Assembly (NCBI GenBank): GCA_030635005.1
Contig: DAOVZS010000001.1
Coordinates: 1-34,349 of the forward strand
Length of the DNA stretch: 34,349 bases
Direction of reading: 5' to 3'
Source of the DNA: Thiomargarita sp.
GTDB lineage: Bacteria; Pseudomonadota; Gammaproteobacteria; Beggiatoales; Beggiatoaceae
Numbering within the stretch: position 1 is the stretch's first letter; each line of letters starts with the position of its first letter. Shown in pieces: positions 32,905-34,349 of this stretch. The notes under the pieces are model-generated. The model had not been told where the DNA came from. It worked only from the letters and a program-made list of their open reading frames with translations, and did no database searches. Both the position numbers and the translations under genes were made by a program.

Positions 32905-34212
32905 ATGAAAACGATAGTCACTCAACTTATTGATAATTTCCACGAACGAAAATTGCCAGTTCTTGTTAAACGAGATAAGAAATTTGTGCAAATACCAGGA
33001 AAAGCTGATGTCGTCATCGGTATGAGACGTACTGGTAAAACTTTTTTCTGTTATCAAAGAATGCAGGCATTGCTTGCTACAGTCTCAATAGAAAAATTGC
33101 TGTATCTAAACTTTGAAGATGATAGATTGCTTGGGTTTACGGTGCATGATTTTCAGATTATCCTTGATGTTTATTATGCAAAATATCCTGAGTTTCGGGA
33201 TACGACATGTCATTTTTTCTTTGACGAAATTCAGTGTATCGAACAATGGGAAAAATTTATTCGACGTTTACTGGATACAGAAAATGTACAAATTTATTTG
33301 ACGGGTTCTTCATCAAAATTGCTCAGCGTTGAGATAGCCAGTACTTTACGAGGACGTTCTCTGACAACAGAAATATTTCCTTTTAGTTTTCAGGAGTTTT
33401 TAAAATATCACGGGATTTTTGATGTGCCTCCTATCAGATTTGGTGCTCAGACAGTGTCTGTGTTACGCAAGGCTGTCAAGGATTATCTTGAAATCGGTGG
33501 ATTTCCAGAGGTACAAACATTAGATCGTGACATACGCATTGAAGTGTTGCAAGGCTATATTGATTCAGTATTGCTGAAAGATGTGATAGAACGTCATAAA
33601 GTGAGCAATATTACCGCACTTAAATATTTGGTTCGTCATCTCATGAGTTCCCCCAGCTGCAAATTCAGCGTTAATAAATTTTACAATACTCTGAAAAGTA
33701 TGTCAGTCAAATGTAGCAAAAATACTCTGTATGAGTATCTTGATCACTTGATGGAAGCCTATTTGTTTTACCAAGTTCCCATACATAGCCGTTCAGAAAA
33801 AGCACGACAACTTAATCCAACCAAAATCTATACGATAGATACTGGTTTGCTTAATGCCATGAGCTTTCGTAATTCATTGAATAATGGTCCATTGTTAGAA
33901 AACCTCGTATTTATGCACCTACGACGTACTGGGTATCTCGTTGAATATGTGAATACCAAAACAGCTTATGAAACGGACTTTTTGGCGAGACATAAAATTT
34001 CTAATGAGATCAAACTGATTCAAGTATGTTGGGATATGTCAGATGAAAAAACATTCAAGCGAGAGCTTCGAGGTTTGCAAACGGTGATGAAAGAATTATT
34101 TATTAGCTCAGGTATTATAATCACGTGGGATGAGGAAAGTACTATTGATAATAATATCCTAATCTACCCTATCTGGAAATGGTTCTTGTTAGAACCAGAA
34201 TTTTCAAGATAA
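32905..34212 (+). CDS. AAA-family ATPase with C-terminal DUF4143-type domain
   Basis: Walker A VVIGMRRTGKTF and Walker B HFFFDEIQ. The overall layout (AAA_14-like N-terminal half, DUF4143-like C-terminal half: DTGLLNAM...LENLVF..L) is typical of this widespread ATPase family. Confidence 0.78.
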   Translation: MKTIVTQLIDNFHERKLPVLVKRDKKFVQIPGKADVVIGMRRTGKTFFCYQRMQALLATVSIEKLLYLNFEDDRLLGFTVHDFQIILDVYYAKYPEFRDTTCHFFFDEIQCIEQWEKFIRRLLDTENVQIYLTGSSSKLLSVEIASTLRGRSLTTEIFPFSFQEFLKYHGIFDVPPIRFGAQTVSVLRKAVKDYLEIGGFPEVQTLDRDIRIEVLQGYIDSVLLKDVIERHKVSNITALKYLVRHLMSSPSCKFSVNKFYNTLKSMSVKCSKNTLYEYLDHLMEAYLFYQVPIHSRSEKARQLNPTKIYTIDTGLLNAMSFRNSLNNGPLLENLVFMHLRRTGYLVEYVNTKTAYETDFLARHKISNEIKLIQVCWDMSDEKTFKRELRGLQTVMKELFISSGIIITWDEESTIDNNILIYPIWKWFLLEPEFSR

Positions 34213-34218
34213 AAGTAC

Positions 34219-34251
34219 AAAAAAACGGGTTATCTTTTTAGCGATAACCCG
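34219..34251 (-). terminator. Rho-independent terminator-like hairpin, best oriented for a minus-strand transcript entering from the right; positioned to serve both directions
   Basis: CGGGTTATC-tttttagc-GATAACCCG (34226-34251). On the minus strand the stem is followed by T7 (A7 at 34219-34225 on the plus strand). On the plus strand only ATTGTT follows. Confidence 0.5.
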
Positions 34252-34349
34252 ATTGTTCATAGTTTAGTTTAGTTAGAACAGAAAACTTATTGGTCTAATA
34301 GAGAAAAGGTAGCTTTAGAATAAGGTTTCTAAATGTTCTATTTTATTAA

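Noticed and set aside
1-34349. A search for CRISPR arrays, rRNA, transposases/IS ends, integrases, toxin-antitoxin pairs and known defence-system genes.
   Set aside because: I saw no regularly spaced direct repeats. No ORF has recombinase, transposase, nuclease-helicase or Cas-like motifs. The repeats found are short, isolated hairpins.

Overview
This is an AT-rich, gene-dense gammaproteobacterial chromosomal window. I count about 40 protein genes and one tRNA. I saw no rRNA, CRISPR array, transposase or integrase. The gene content suggests a sulfur-oxidising Thiotrichales/Beggiatoaceae-like organism, but that is inference only: flavocytochrome c sulfide dehydrogenase fccAB, a TauE/SafE exporter, an E. 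coli-like secG-tRNA-Leu(GAG) arrangement and T2SS pseudopilins. Confidently recognised housekeeping genes are tpiA, secG, tRNA-Leu(GAG), gltX, glnD, trpC, trpD, tag and rtcB. A partial, split type II secretion cluster is present, with gspL on the minus strand and gspG-H-I-J on the plus strand. The window is rich in signalling genes: five receiver-domain proteins, a CHASE2 class III cyclase, a PilZ protein and a sensor+HAMP stub. The items most worth a second look are: (1) an unassignable 394-aa protein with a HIT-like His motif directly upstream of an orphan RtcB, in a tight co-directional string with a DUF1294 protein and an output-less sensor/HAMP protein; (2) two histidine-kinase-like dimerisation domains whose phospho-acceptor His is replaced, H->R in a REC-DHp-CA protein and H->D in a REC-DHp-only protein; (3) a TauE/SafE-2xUsp fusion; (4) an accessory-looking right end with a 445-bp AT-rich spacer containing perfect inverted and direct repeats, a 3D-domain gene, a C10 tract lying between -35/-10-like hexamers, and a DUF4143-type ATPase. 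All functional calls rest on motif recognition by eye. No database search or structure prediction was possible.
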